Below, one piece after another: positions 25,990 through 35,906 of a DNA stretch of 36,369 nt. A program made the translations under genes and the position numbers. The stretch is from Bacteroidales bacterium (lineage in GTDB: Bacteria; Bacteroidota; Bacteroidia; Bacteroidales; JAIORY01): NCBI GenBank assembly GCA_030630005.1, contig DAOVNY010000001.1, positions 1-36,369 of the forward strand. The letters are read 5' to 3'. The stretch's first letter is position 1. The number at the start of each line of letters is the position of its first letter. The notes below the pieces were generated by a model, which was not told where the DNA came from, did no database searches, and saw nothing but the letters and a program-made list of their open reading frames with translations.

Positions 25990-26071
25990 AGTTAATATAT
26001 TTAAATATGTTTATATTTGAATGTAACAAAAATAGTAAATTGATTAACAAACTGATCAAGCAATAATAAAT

Positions 26072-27733
26072 TTAGTTTTTTCCTATCAGAAGTTCTTTGG
26101 CATTTTGTAGTGCAATTTCCGAAACTTTAGATCCGCTAAGCATTTTAGCGATTTCGTTTATCCTTTCACTTTCGCTGATTATTTTTATCCTTGATTTAGT
26201 AATGTCTTTATCGGTTTCTTTATAAACGAGATAATGAGAATCTCCCATTCCTGCAATTTGAGGTAAATGTGTGATGACGATGACTTGCATAGAACCGGAG
26301 ATTTTTTTGAGTATCTTCCCAACTTTATTAGCGACATTTCCGGAAACACCATTATCAATTTCATCAAAAATGATAGTCGGGAGAAGATTTTTTTGTGATA
26401 TTAATGATTTAATACTCAACATAAGCCTTGATAATTCTCCACCTGAAGCTATTTTCGACATATCACTCAAAACCCCACCTTTATTTGCATTGAATAAAAA
26501 TTTCACTTTATCGAAACCATCAATAGTCAGTTTATTAAATTTCATTTGTTCAACTTTAAATCTGCCGTCAGGCATACCAAGCTGTGAAAGGAGTTCAGTA
26601 ATATTTTTTTCAATTTTCGGGATTGCCTCTCCCCTGTTTGCCGAAATACTTTTGGCTAATTTTATCAATCCGGTTTCAATTTTCGATATTTCTTTTTTCA
26701 GCTCATCAATCTCATTTTCGAGTGATGATATTTCGTTAAGCTTTTCAGTTAGATTTTCCTTAACGGATATTAATTCATCAACACTATTAACACGATGTTT
26801 TTGTTGAAGATGAAAAACAGTATCAAGTCGATTGTTCAATTCCTCGACACGAGCCGGATCATAATTTATTCCATCCCCAATATTTTCAATCTCAGCAGAA
26901 ACATCCTTCAAATCAATGAAATTGCTTTCAATCCTTTTCTTAATTTCTTCAAAATCTTTATTATACTCTGATATATTATTAATTAACGAAAGAATATTAT
27001 TTAGTTGAGACAAGATATTTAGTTCATTATTTTCGAGTATCTTAGAAATATCTGCAAGATTAGTTTTTATTTCTTCATAATGATTCAGAAGTTCAAGTTC
27101 TTTTTCGATATTCACGAATTCACCGGAATCAAGATTTGCTTTTTCCAGTTCATCATACTGAAACTGAAAATAATCCTGATCCGATTTTGATTTACTTTCT
27201 TTTTCAATAAGTTCGTCAAGTAACTTTTTCTTTTCCGAATAATTTTTAAATCCTAAGCGATAATTTCGTAAAATTTCATTTTTATCAACATAACTATCAA
27301 TTACAGCAAGTTGAAAATCAGAATTATTAAGAGTAATAGTTTTATTTTGAGAGTGAATATTTACTAATTTATCACCCAGTTCTTTTATCAGATTCAAATT
27401 AACCGGGGTATCATTGATAAAAGCTCTTGATTTTCCGTTTTTATTTATTTCACGACGCAAAAAAGTATTTTCATCATAATCAAGATCATTTTCATTAAAG
27501 AAAGTATTAAGATTATAATCCTTGATGTTAAAAGTTCCTTCTACAACACATTTTTTTGTTTTATCAAGAAGCACCTGCGAATCGGCTCTATTGCCGAGAA
27601 TTAAAGACATAGCTCCGAGAAGAATAGATTTTCCGGCACCGGTTTCACCCGTAATCACTGAAAACCCATCCAAAAAATCAATATCTAACTTTCGGATAAG
27701 TGCGTAATTTTTGATAGAAAGATGTGTTATCAT
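26072..27733 (-). CDS. recN: DNA repair protein RecN
   Basis: LSIKNYALI..FSVITGETGAGKSILLGA Walker A, a long coiled coil, signature SGGELSRLML, and Walker B IIFDEID. Confidence 0.95.
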   Translation of the reverse strand: MITHLSIKNYALIRKLDIDFLDGFSVITGETGAGKSILLGAMSLILGNRADSQVLLDKTKKCVVEGTFNIKDYNLNTFFNENDLDYDENTFLRREINKNGKSRAFINDTPVNLNLIKELGDKLVNIHSQNKTITLNNSDFQLAVIDSYVDKNEILRNYRLGFKNYSEKKKLLDELIEKESKSKSDQDYFQFQYDELEKANLDSGEFVNIEKELELLNHYEEIKTNLADISKILENNELNILSQLNNILSLINNISEYNKDFEEIKKRIESNFIDLKDVSAEIENIGDGINYDPARVEELNNRLDTVFHLQQKHRVNSVDELISVKENLTEKLNEISSLENEIDELKKEISKIETGLIKLAKSISANRGEAIPKIEKNITELLSQLGMPDGRFKVEQMKFNKLTIDGFDKVKFLFNANKGGVLSDMSKIASGGELSRLMLSIKSLISQKNLLPTIIFDEIDNGVSGNVANKVGKILKKISGSMQVIVITHLPQIAGMGDSHYLVYKETDKDITKSRIKIISESERINEIAKMLSGSKVSEIALQNAKELLIGKN

Positions 27734-27738
27734 AAAAA

Positions 27739-28689
27739 TTAATTCCTTGTTATTTCCTGATATTTAGAGGTATTAGCCGGATCTATATTTTTAAGAATTT
27801 CAACAGCTTTGGATTTTTCTTTTACTAATCCTTCTTTAAAAATATTTACAAATTCATCACGTTTGGCATCAGTTATCAGTTTCAAAAAAAACAATCCTGG
27901 ACGTTCTTCGTAAACGGTTTCAAGTAGATCAAGACTTTGAGTAATAGTTGAACGTCCTTTTTCAACATTATCATACATGGCATCAAGACCTTTCAAATGG
28001 TACATATAATAAAATCTCCTTAAAGGTTTATATGCAGCATTTTGCAAATTTTCTATCATCCAGTATCTGTTACGTGTATCTTCATGAGATTTCCATCCGC
28101 TTTGAGGTACATTTTGTGCATTACTGACAACTGCTTCTGCTTTTTCGTAAAATGGTGTGCCTCCGTATAAAGTATATGAATCGAATTCCATTCCTAAAAA
28201 GACATAGGAATAAAAAGCAAGTACTGAAGTCAGATTTGATGTAAACGAATTATCAGAATAATCCAATGGTTGGTATTCAATATATTCAAACTGAAAATCT
28301 TTATCAACATAATTCAATAAAACCGAATTGTAATTAGTATTATAAACAGGTCTTCGTAATACCAGATTAAGATTAGCGGAAAAAACATTAGAACTTCTAT
28401 TGGTGATAGTTATCACCATTGTACATTCTATTCTTTCATTTATCTCGAAAGCATAACTTGTCCATTTACGGTTATTCATAAATTCATAAATGGCATTTTG
28501 CAGAGTTTCATAAATTTGTTTATCAGTTCCTGAAACCTGTTTTGAGGTAACCTGTACGTCACAAAAAAGTTCCTGAGCATTTGAATTAAAACCAATGACC
28601 GATAACAACAGAAGTATGAATATTTTTTTCACAAATAATAATTTTAATTTTTCACTTAAATAACTCAACAATTTTATCAACAATATCAA
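27739..28689 (-). CDS. DUF4835-like secreted protein (conserved coaBC-recN neighbour in Bacteroidota)
   Basis: Signal-peptide-like KKIFILLLLSVIGFNSNAQ. The family call rests on remembered synteny and sequence character. A GTG at 28632 (V20) is a more plausible start because it removes the 38-nt overlap with coaB. Confidence 0.55.
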   Translation of the reverse strand: MILLIKLLSYLSEKLKLLFVKKIFILLLLSVIGFNSNAQELFCDVQVTSKQVSGTDKQIYETLQNAIYEFMNNRKWTSYAFEINERIECTMVITITNRSSNVFSANLNLVLRRPVYNTNYNSVLLNYVDKDFQFEYIEYQPLDYSDNSFTSNLTSVLAFYSYVFLGMEFDSYTLYGGTPFYEKAEAVVSNAQNVPQSGWKSHEDTRNRYWMIENLQNAAYKPLRRFYYMYHLKGLDAMYDNVEKGRSTITQSLDLLETVYEERPGLFFLKLITDAKRDEFVNIFKEGLVKEKSKAVEILKNIDPANTSKYQEITRN

Positions 28690-29212
28690 TTGCTACCTGC
28701 TTTTTATCTTTTAAGTCGAAATCAGAGATATTTCCATTATTGTCGATTATTGATATTTTATTTGTTTTATGTTTAAATCCGGCTCCTTTATCCTTCAAAG
28801 AATTAAGAACGATAAAATCAAGGTTTTTATTTTTCAATTTCTTTTTTGCATTATTCAGTTCGTTGTCGGTCTCGAGAGCAAAACCCACAAGTATCTGATT
28901 ATCTTTTTTTTGTTTGCCTAATTGAGCAAGAATATCTTTTGTAGCTTTTAATTTTAATGAAAGATCAGTGGTATTCTTTTTGATTTTACTGTTTTCGGTC
29001 TTTTCCGGAGTATAATCAGCAACAGCTGCAGACATAACAGCAATATCACATTTCGAAAATTTTTTGATACAGGCATCATACATGTCTTCGGCTGAAACAA
29101 CATCAGTCTTTGTAATTCGGGGAGAAAAGACTGATAAAGCGGTAGGTCCTGATATTAATTCAACATCGGCACCTCTACATGCCAATTCTTCAGCAATAGC
29201 ATAACCCATCAC
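28652..29212 (-). CDS. coaBC: Phosphopantothenate-cysteine ligase (CoaB) part of a frameshifted coaBC
   Basis: (GNHSSG)VMGYAIAEELACRGADVELISGP. CoaB homology in this frame continues upstream of the annotated start (KKIIVTAGPTHEAIDPVRFIGNHSSG), and the frame stays open to about 29320. Confidence 0.85.
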   Translation of the reverse strand: MMGYAIAEELACRGADVELISGPTALSVFSPRITKTDVVSAEDMYDACIKKFSKCDIAVMSAAVADYTPEKTENSKIKKNTTDLSLKLKATKDILAQLGKQKKDNQILVGFALETDNELNNAKKKLKNKNLDFIVLNSLKDKGAGFKHKTNKISIIDNNGNISDFDLKDKKQVAIDIVDKIVELFK

Positions 29213-29295
29213 TCCTGAGGAGTGATTTCCAATAAATCTTACAGGATCAATAGCTTCGTGAGTAGGTCCGGCAGTAACAATAATTTTTTTATTAC

Positions 29296-29850
29296 TTAGT
29301 TGAGTTTTTTTTTGAAGAAATTATTAATTATTTCAAATATTATTTCAGGCTCTTCCATTCTTCCGGCACCACAAAGTCCACTGGCAAGTTCTCCCTCATT
29401 TGGGGAGATCAGGTGGTTTTCATGCGATTGCAATATTTTTATATTCTCCTGTGTTGAAGGATGTTTAAACATATCCAAATCCATTGCCGGTGCGAAAAAA
29501 ACAGGACATTTTGCTGCGAGATATGTTGTAAGTACGAGGTTGTCAGCTATTCCGTGAGCCATCTTAGCCATCGTATTAGCCGTAAGCGGTGCAATAAGAT
29601 AAAGATCAACTTGATTGCCAAGTTCAATATGACTATTCCAGCTACCTGTTTCATAATCATAAGATTCTGATAAAACAGGATTTCCCGATAAAGCAGAAAG
29701 AGTTAATGGGGTAACAAAATCTTTGGCAATATCAGTCATTAAAATTTGTACTTCAGCACCTTCTTTTTTAAGAAGTCTGACAAGTAAAGGAATTTTGTAG
29801 GCAGCAATGCTACCTGTTATTCCAATAGCTATTTTTTTACCTTTTAACAT
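29296..29850 (-). CDS. coaBC: Phosphopantothenoylcysteine decarboxylase (CoaC flavoprotein) part of a frameshifted coaBC
   Basis: KKIAIGITGSIAAYK, PAMDLDMF and ASGLCGAGRM. The ORF ends ..FFKKKLN* just after an A9 run. Confidence 0.88.
   Translation of the reverse strand: MLKGKKIAIGITGSIAAYKIPLLVRLLKKEGAEVQILMTDIAKDFVTPLTLSALSGNPVLSESYDYETGSWNSHIELGNQVDLYLIAPLTANTMAKMAHGIADNLVLTTYLAAKCPVFFAPAMDLDMFKHPSTQENIKILQSHENHLISPNEGELASGLCGAGRMEEPEIIFEIINNFFKKKLN
29305..29313. other. T9 (A9 on the coding strand) homopolymer at the coaC/coaB frame junction
   Basis: Both reading frames are open across this run. One extra A would fuse the two ORFs into a CoaBC of about 400 aa. Confidence 0.85.
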
Positions 29851-29871
29851 GATCTTTTCCGATCGGAATTA

Positions 29872-30204
29872 TTAATCTGTTGATGGATTATTATCCGGTT
29901 TTTTGAAATAAATCTTATTATTTAAAAATTCGTCGATAGAAATTAGCGTTGGTTTTGAAAGTCTCTCATAAAACCTTGCAATCTCAATTTGTTCTCTGTT
30001 TTCGAAAATTTCTTCGAGGTTATCGGTTGGAGAAGCAAATTCCAAAAGTTTGCTATCAAGTTCTGTTTTCATTTCTACAGCAATCTGATTTGCTCTTTTC
30101 GAAATAATCGAAACAGTTTCGTAAATGTTACCAGTTTGTTGAAAAAAGTCTTCTTTGTTTCTTGTAATTGCTTCAGTTTCTGTTCTGATCTTTTTATAGT
30201 CCAT
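29872..30204 (-). CDS. rpoZ: DNA-directed RNA polymerase subunit omega
   Basis: 110 aa. NIYETVSIISKRANQI resembles the RpoZ core. It occupies the conserved position between bamD and coaBC. Confidence 0.7.
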   Translation of the reverse strand: MDYKKIRTETEAITRNKEDFFQQTGNIYETVSIISKRANQIAVEMKTELDSKLLEFASPTDNLEEIFENREQIEIARFYERLSKPTLISIDEFLNNKIYFKKPDNNPSTD

Positions 30205-30225
30205 AATAGATAAAAATAATATTTA

Positions 30226-31020
30226 CTAATTATTAATTACTTCCAATGAATTTTTATAAATTTTTTCAGCTTGTTTCAAATAGCCACTTTCAGGAAAGGA
30301 AAAACGCAGGTTTTCATACGATTCGACAGCTAAAGAATAACGTTCTTTTTGCACTTCCGTGATACTATTTCGAGCATATTCATAATATAATTTTATTATA
30401 TGATACAAAATATCTTCTCTATATTTTGTGTCAGGAAAATCCTTCAATACATTTTTAAAAGATAATATTGCTGATTTATAACGTTCCATTTTATAATATA
30501 AAAGGGCAGAATGATATGCTTTTTTTTCAAGTTTTTCTCTTAATTTATCAATTATGTTATTACAGTTTTCCACCCTGAAACTTTCAGGATACATATTGAT
30601 AAAAAGTTGCAATTCTGAAATTGCATCATAAGTACTTGTTTGATCAAGTGAGTATTCTGGTGATTTCAAATATTTGCAATACGCACTCATATATACACAT
30701 TCCTCGGCTCTTTTATTATTTGGATAATTATTTGCATATTTCTTAAAATAGTATGCAGCCATGATATAATCACGTTGTTCAAAATAGCAATATGGATAAT
30801 AATAGTTTAATTCCTCTGCCTTATCAGTACCTCTGAAAAACGGTAACAATTGATCAAATAATTGCAAAGCTCTGTAATAATCACCCGAATCGTAATATTC
30901 AATAGCTTTTTTATACTTCAATTCATTATCACTGCTTTTCAACAATTTTTGATACTTACTGCAAGATGAAAGTCCCACAAGACCAATCATTAATAAAAAA
31001 AATATACCCTTTCGAATCAT
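30226..31020 (-). CDS. bamD: Outer membrane protein assembly factor BamD (TPR lipoprotein)
   Basis: Lipobox LVGLSSC; TPR-like YKKAIEYYDSGDYYRALQLFD; synteny with rpoZ. Confidence 0.8.
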   Translation of the reverse strand: MIRKGIFFLLMIGLVGLSSCSKYQKLLKSSDNELKYKKAIEYYDSGDYYRALQLFDQLLPFFRGTDKAEELNYYYPYCYFEQRDYIMAAYYFKKYANNYPNNKRAEECVYMSAYCKYLKSPEYSLDQTSTYDAISELQLFINMYPESFRVENCNNIIDKLREKLEKKAYHSALLYYKMERYKSAILSFKNVLKDFPDTKYREDILYHIIKLYYEYARNSITEVQKERYSLAVESYENLRFSFPESGYLKQAEKIYKNSLEVINN

Positions 31021-31254
31021 GGCGGCAAAATTACATTATTATATTGAATTATAAAACAAAAACTTATAATAAATCATAAAAAATAATTCTTGTACTAACG
31101 TTGCTTTCATTCGGCTTATTTTGTTTTTAACATTTTTTAGGGTTTCCAACCTGCATGTTATTTATTATTCAGAGTTTCAAGGTTTAATGGTTTCATGGTT
31201 TTACCAATTACAACCAATTACATTATCACCTTAAAATTTTATTCCAGTCATTTA

Positions 31255-31285
31255 TTTGCAATAAAATTAATATTTGATATTTTTG
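31255..31285 (+). promoter_or_regulatory. Candidate Bacteroidota promoter (-33 TTTG, -7 TATTTTTG)
   Basis: TTTG at 31255-31258 and TATTTTTG at 31278-31285 are separated by a 19-nt spacer, about 45 nt upstream of the ATG at 31330. Confidence 0.4.
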
Positions 31286-31329
31286 CTGTTCATTTAAATA
31301 AATTTTTATAAAATTAAAACATACACAAG

Positions 31330-32580
31330 ATGGATATATTTGAAAAAGTAACAACAAACTTAGGTCCAATCGGACAATATGCTGATAAAGCATTTGGATA
31401 TTTTATGTTTCCCCGACTTGAAGGAGAAATCGCAGCAAGAATGCAGTTTCAGGGTAAAGAACAATTAGTCTGGAGTTTAAATAATTATTTAGGCTTAGCT
31501 AATCATCCCGAGGTACGAAAAGCTGATACTGAAGCAACAAAAGAATGGGGTCTTGCATATCCTATGGGAGCGAGAGCTATGTCGGGTCATACAAAATATC
31601 ATGAAAAACTTGAAAGAGAACTGGCGAATTTTGTAGGTAGAGAAGCTTCTTATCTTCTAAATTACGGGTATCAAGGTATGGTTTCTATTATAGAATCATT
31701 AGTTGACCGCCAGGATGTTATTGTTTATGATTCGGAAGCACATGCATGTATTATTGATGGAATGAGACTACATTTTGGAAAACGTTTTGTTTACCCTCAT
31801 AATAACATGGAAAACCTTGAAAAAGAGCTTGAACGTGCTACAAAAATCACCGGGAAAACCGGTGGAGGAATACTTGTTATTACCGAAGGTGTTTATGGAA
31901 TGTCAGGCGATCTTGGAAAATTAAAAGACATTGTTAAACTTAAGAAAAAATTCCAGTTCAGACTCCTCGTTGATGATGCACATGGGTTTGGTACTATGGG
32001 CAAAACCGGTGCCGGAACAGATGAACATTTTGGAGTACAAGACGAAGTTGATGTTTATTTTGGAACATTTGCAAAAGCAATGGCAGGGATAGGAGCTTTT
32101 GTTGCCAGTCGTAAAGATGTAATTAGATCTCTTACTTTTAAAATGCGTTCACAGATATTTGCAAAATCACTTCCAATGCCAATGGTTTTTGGAGCAATGA
32201 AAAGACTTGAACTATTGAGAGACCAACCTGAACATAAACAAAAGCTATGGGATGTAGTTAATGCTTTACAAAAAGGTCTGAAAGAAAGTAATATGAATAT
32301 TGGAAATACCGAATCTCCTGTAACTCCGGTTTTCCTTAGCGGTGGAGTCTCGGAAGCTACTCAGATAACTTATGATCTTAGAGAAAATTATCATGTTTTT
32401 TGTTCAATTGTTGCATATCCTGTTATTCCTAAAGGACTTATAATGCTTCGACTGATACCAACCGCTGTTCACACTCTTGAAGATGTGGAATACACCATTA
32501 AAGCTTTCGCTGAAGTGAAGAAAAAACTTGATGAAGGTAAGTATTCAAGTGGTGAGGTTATTGATGCCGCTATCGAATAA
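31330..32580 (+). CDS. PLP-dependent alpha-oxoamine synthase family acyltransferase (Kbl/BioF/serine-palmitoyltransferase-like)
   Basis: NNYLGLANHPEV, GYQGMVS, DDAHGFG, and GTFAKAM (PLP lysine). Substrate cannot be assigned from sequence alone. Confidence 0.8.
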   Translation: MDIFEKVTTNLGPIGQYADKAFGYFMFPRLEGEIAARMQFQGKEQLVWSLNNYLGLANHPEVRKADTEATKEWGLAYPMGARAMSGHTKYHEKLERELANFVGREASYLLNYGYQGMVSIIESLVDRQDVIVYDSEAHACIIDGMRLHFGKRFVYPHNNMENLEKELERATKITGKTGGGILVITEGVYGMSGDLGKLKDIVKLKKKFQFRLLVDDAHGFGTMGKTGAGTDEHFGVQDEVDVYFGTFAKAMAGIGAFVASRKDVIRSLTFKMRSQIFAKSLPMPMVFGAMKRLELLRDQPEHKQKLWDVVNALQKGLKESNMNIGNTESPVTPVFLSGGVSEATQITYDLRENYHVFCSIVAYPVIPKGLIMLRLIPTAVHTLEDVEYTIKAFAEVKKKLDEGKYSSGEVIDAAIE

Positions 32581-32602
32581 GTAAAATATTTCTGATTCTT
32601 GC

Positions 32603-32649
32603 AAAGACAATATCCAATTTAAACAATATGTTGGTTGGTTTGTCTTTTT
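32603..32649 (+). terminator. Possible terminator hairpin after the AOS gene
   Basis: AAAGACAA..CCAA pairs imperfectly with TTGG..TTGTCTTT, followed by extra T residues. The loop is long, so the call is weak. Confidence 0.3.
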
Positions 32650-32655
32650 AAGAGC

Positions 32656-34992
32656 CTAATAAACCTGTAATTTTCTATTAAATGTCTGTTTATCAGTTTT
32701 AATATTCATTAAATAAATTCCGGGTTTACAGCCGGGTAGTTCAATATTTAATAATTTGTTATTGAATTTCTTTTCAAATATTGCCTGTCCCGAAGAATTG
32801 AATATTACTATAGATTGAATTGTTTCAGGCGATTGAACAAAAATATTTCCTGAAGTGACCGGATTTGGAAAGACTTTTAAAATATCATTATTATAAGTTT
32901 CAATTATTCCTACAGAACTATCGCATGAAATATTCGCAACCCAGCCGGCTTTATTAATGTCTTGGTCGGAATGAAATTCAAAAGTAAGTGCACCTTCGTT
33001 ATTTGAAGCGATAACAGTTCCTGGAGAATTGCTTCCGCAATATTTTCCTATCAATTGCGAAGAAGTACTTTCACCATCATAAATTTTTAACCAATCGTAA
33101 TTACAATCATCTTCATATTCAATATCAAATAAAGTAAATTCTATTTTTATCAACGAATCAGTACTGCCAGGGTAAAAAACCATAGTATAATCCTCATTAT
33201 CAGAATAATTTCCATCCTGACCTCCGGAATCAGTGAATATACCCTGACAAGTTGTAACGCTTGTATTTCCCATTGAATACTCAAGAAACACCGAAATATA
33301 ATCAGATTTAGTAATAGTGCTGGTATCTGTGTCGGTAAAAATTGTAAGTGTTACATCAAAATCTCCCGTTTCGGAATATAAAATGCCGGATGGATTTTGT
33401 TCATCTGATGTTGCAGGAGTACCACCTTCGAAAGTCCACTCCCACCCTATCGGAACACCGTAGGATAGATCGGTAAAATTAACTATACTTCCAGTAGAAA
33501 TACTTGTTTGATTGGCTGTAAAATCTGGAATTAAAATTCCGGGAGCCAATTGAATATTTTTTAATGTATAAGCACGATTAAAAGTCACAACATTAGTTAG
33601 TGTTTTTGGATAATATCCAGGTGCTGAATATATTACATCATAACTTCCGGCATATAACGGGCGATGATAGTCTCCAACAGGAAGTGAAGAAAAAACCATA
33701 GAACTATCAATATCATGACCATCAATAAAGACTTGAGCTTTTATTGATTCTTCTGTAATAGAATCGGTTATTATTCCTTTAATTCCATACTGAACCTGTT
33801 CAATATAATTAATTAACGAACGATAATTATAATCCCAGTGAGCATTAAGTTGAGAAGCAGGTAATAATTTAACATTAGACAATTCAAGAGTAAATTCACG
33901 GCATTGATGAAAGTAATTCATATAATCTTGTCGTCCACCATATATTGTGTACCAATCATAACCGTTTGTAATACCATTATCGTAACCAGTCATATATCCA
34001 TAAGGAGAATATACATGGACAGTATCGGCATATTCATGGCAAACATATTGCCACCAGTTATCATCAGCATGTCTTGTGTACCAAGTATCCCAAGGATAAT
34101 TACAAACTTCGGCACCACTATGCAAATTACAAGAAGTAACAAAACTATGGTCTTCGGCAAAATCCATAAAAGCGAGTGTTTCGGGTTGCCATGCGTTGCC
34201 ATCAGGATGAGGTCCGTCTTCCGGATCAGGATAATTCCTGTTAAGGTCAATTCCATTCGCATTATAGCGAGTTGCTCCATATACACTACTATTTCCACCT
34301 GCATAAGTTCCATCAGGATTTGCGAGAGGATTTATCCAAATCTCATTATTATTGATCATATTAGTAAGCCTTGTATTAATACCATAATTCGATAAATAAT
34401 AATCAATAAGACGAAGCATAAGAATATATCCAACAGTTTCGTCTCCATGCATTGTTGCTGTATATAAAAATTCCGGTTCATTTTCGTTTACCAAAAGATT
34501 GTCTGTAATTTTTGCAATAAGTAATTTTCTGCCGCTCGGCAGTGTTCCGATATTTACAATTTTACAGATATCAGGATAATCAGCTTCAAACTGAAACATC
34601 ATTGCCTCGTAGGCTTCATAAGTTGGATAATAATCCCAATCATCAATACCTTCAGAATCTAAAAAATCCTGTAAGTTTAACATTCTTGGATTTTTGATAA
34701 GATCACCCGGTGAGGGAAGCAAAGTATAATCAATATTTAATTTCAGAAATTCCCTAAACTCATTTTTATTTGCATAAGCAAATATTTCGTTATCAACAAT
34801 ATTATCAATGGAAATAATATTTGTTAATGAATGGATTTCCTTTTTTGAATCTATGTTAAATTTAAAATACCTTTCTGTCTTTTTTATAAAAACCTTATTA
34901 AGTGTTTTTTCAATTTCATTTTCTTGTGAAAACAAATTTCCTGCAAAAGCAAAAAGTAATATTGTAATTATAAGTTTTATTGAATGGTTCAT
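32656..34992 (-). CDS. Secreted M14 zinc carboxypeptidase with PKD and CUB-like domains and a T9SS C-terminal sorting domain
   Basis: Signal peptide; zinc ligands HGDE and LHSG, plus NPDG and NRNYP. A PKD-like segment (FTANQTSISTGSIVNFTD..WTFEGG). A CUB-like segment (YDWLKIYDG..GKYCG). C-terminal VFPNPVTSG..GIYLMNIKT..KLQVY is a Por/T9SS tail. Confidence 0.88.
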   Translation of the reverse strand: MNHSIKLIITILLFAFAGNLFSQENEIEKTLNKVFIKKTERYFKFNIDSKKEIHSLTNIISIDNIVDNEIFAYANKNEFREFLKLNIDYTLLPSPGDLIKNPRMLNLQDFLDSEGIDDWDYYPTYEAYEAMMFQFEADYPDICKIVNIGTLPSGRKLLIAKITDNLLVNENEPEFLYTATMHGDETVGYILMLRLIDYYLSNYGINTRLTNMINNNEIWINPLANPDGTYAGGNSSVYGATRYNANGIDLNRNYPDPEDGPHPDGNAWQPETLAFMDFAEDHSFVTSCNLHSGAEVCNYPWDTWYTRHADDNWWQYVCHEYADTVHVYSPYGYMTGYDNGITNGYDWYTIYGGRQDYMNYFHQCREFTLELSNVKLLPASQLNAHWDYNYRSLINYIEQVQYGIKGIITDSITEESIKAQVFIDGHDIDSSMVFSSLPVGDYHRPLYAGSYDVIYSAPGYYPKTLTNVVTFNRAYTLKNIQLAPGILIPDFTANQTSISTGSIVNFTDLSYGVPIGWEWTFEGGTPATSDEQNPSGILYSETGDFDVTLTIFTDTDTSTITKSDYISVFLEYSMGNTSVTTCQGIFTDSGGQDGNYSDNEDYTMVFYPGSTDSLIKIEFTLFDIEYEDDCNYDWLKIYDGESTSSQLIGKYCGSNSPGTVIASNNEGALTFEFHSDQDINKAGWVANISCDSSVGIIETYNNDILKVFPNPVTSGNIFVQSPETIQSIVIFNSSGQAIFEKKFNNKLLNIELPGCKPGIYLMNIKTDKQTFNRKLQVY

Positions 34993-35015
34993 TATTTTGT
35001 TTCGGGTTTCGGGTT

Positions 35016-35906
35016 TTAGGTTTCTTTTTGTATTTCTGAAATAAGTTCTTGTAATTTGAGCTGCACAGATTTATCTACTTTAACAAGAGGCAATCGCAAA
35101 TTATTATCGCACAATCCAAGTATTTCAAGAGCAGCTTTAATTCCGGAAGGACTACCGTGGGCAAATATTTCATTTATAAAATCAAATAATTTATAATGTA
35201 ATTCTAATGCTTGTTTTTTGTTTTTTCTAAGGCACAGCGAAACCATTTCGGAATATTCTTTAGGAAAGGCATTGGCAGTTACAGAGATAGCACCGTCGCC
35301 ACCAATTGCCATTATCGGCAAAGTAAGCACATCATCACCTGATATTACAAGAAAATCCTTTGGTTTGTTTTTAATGATCTGCATTATCTGATTTAGATTA
35401 CCTGATGCTTCTTTTATTCCAATAATATTTTTGAAATTTCTTGCAAGTTTAAGAGTTGTTTCTGCAGATATATTTGAGTTAGTTCGACCGGGAACATTAT
35501 ATAATATTACTGGAACAGGACTTACCCCCGAGATTTCTTTATAGTGAAGAAATATTCCTTTTTGCTGAGGTTTGTTATAATAAGGCGAAACCGATAGGAT
35601 GGCATCAATACCTTCGAAATCTATTGAAAGTATAGTATCTTTTATCAATTGAGTATTATTGCCTCCGATTCCCACTACAATAGGAATACGATTATCTACT
35701 TCTTCGACAACAAAATTTATCAGGGCATATTTTTCGTCTTTTGACAGGACAACTGATTCGCCGGTAGTTCCCATCACTACAAGATAATTAACCCCATTGC
35801 TGATAAGATGTTCAATAAGTTTTTTAAGAGAATTAAAATCTATTGTTCCATGTTTGTGAAATGGCGTAACTATCGCTACTCCGGTTCCTTTGAAATTGTA
35901 ATTCAT
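35016..35906 (-). CDS. dapA: 4-hydroxy-tetrahydrodipicolinate synthase
   Basis: GTGVAIVTPF, GTTGES, YNVPGRT, and IKEASG (Schiff-base Lys). Confidence 0.95.
   Translation of the reverse strand: MNYNFKGTGVAIVTPFHKHGTIDFNSLKKLIEHLISNGVNYLVVMGTTGESVVLSKDEKYALINFVVEEVDNRIPIVVGIGGNNTQLIKDTILSIDFEGIDAILSVSPYYNKPQQKGIFLHYKEISGVSPVPVILYNVPGRTNSNISAETTLKLARNFKNIIGIKEASGNLNQIMQIIKNKPKDFLVISGDDVLTLPIMAIGGDGAISVTANAFPKEYSEMVSLCLRKNKKQALELHYKLFDFINEIFAHGSPSGIKAALEILGLCDNNLRLPLVKVDKSVQLKLQELISEIQKET

Noticed and set aside
26271-26807. A 178-aa plus-strand ORF antisense to recN. Similar antisense ORFs occur at 33904-34395, 17599-18018, 4692-5063 and 12152-12454.
   Set aside because: Each lies entirely within a gene that has strong family motifs on the other strand. 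Their translations are low-complexity Ser/Phe/Ile-rich strings with no recognisable motif, which is typical of shadow ORFs in AT-rich DNA.
28652-28689. The 38-nt overlap between the DUF4835 ORF and the end of coaB
   Set aside because: This is most likely a start-codon artefact. An in-frame GTG at 28632 directly precedes the signal-peptide-like KKIFILLLL segment and removes the overlap.
31173-31204. Four tandem 8-mers (AGTTTCAA GGTTTAAT GGTTTCAT GGTTTTAC), followed by a duplicated ACCAATTACA, in the bamD/AOS intergenic region
   Set aside because: The repeats are short and degenerate in a promoter-rich AT spacer. I could attach no function, and they may be chance or DNA-bending tracts.
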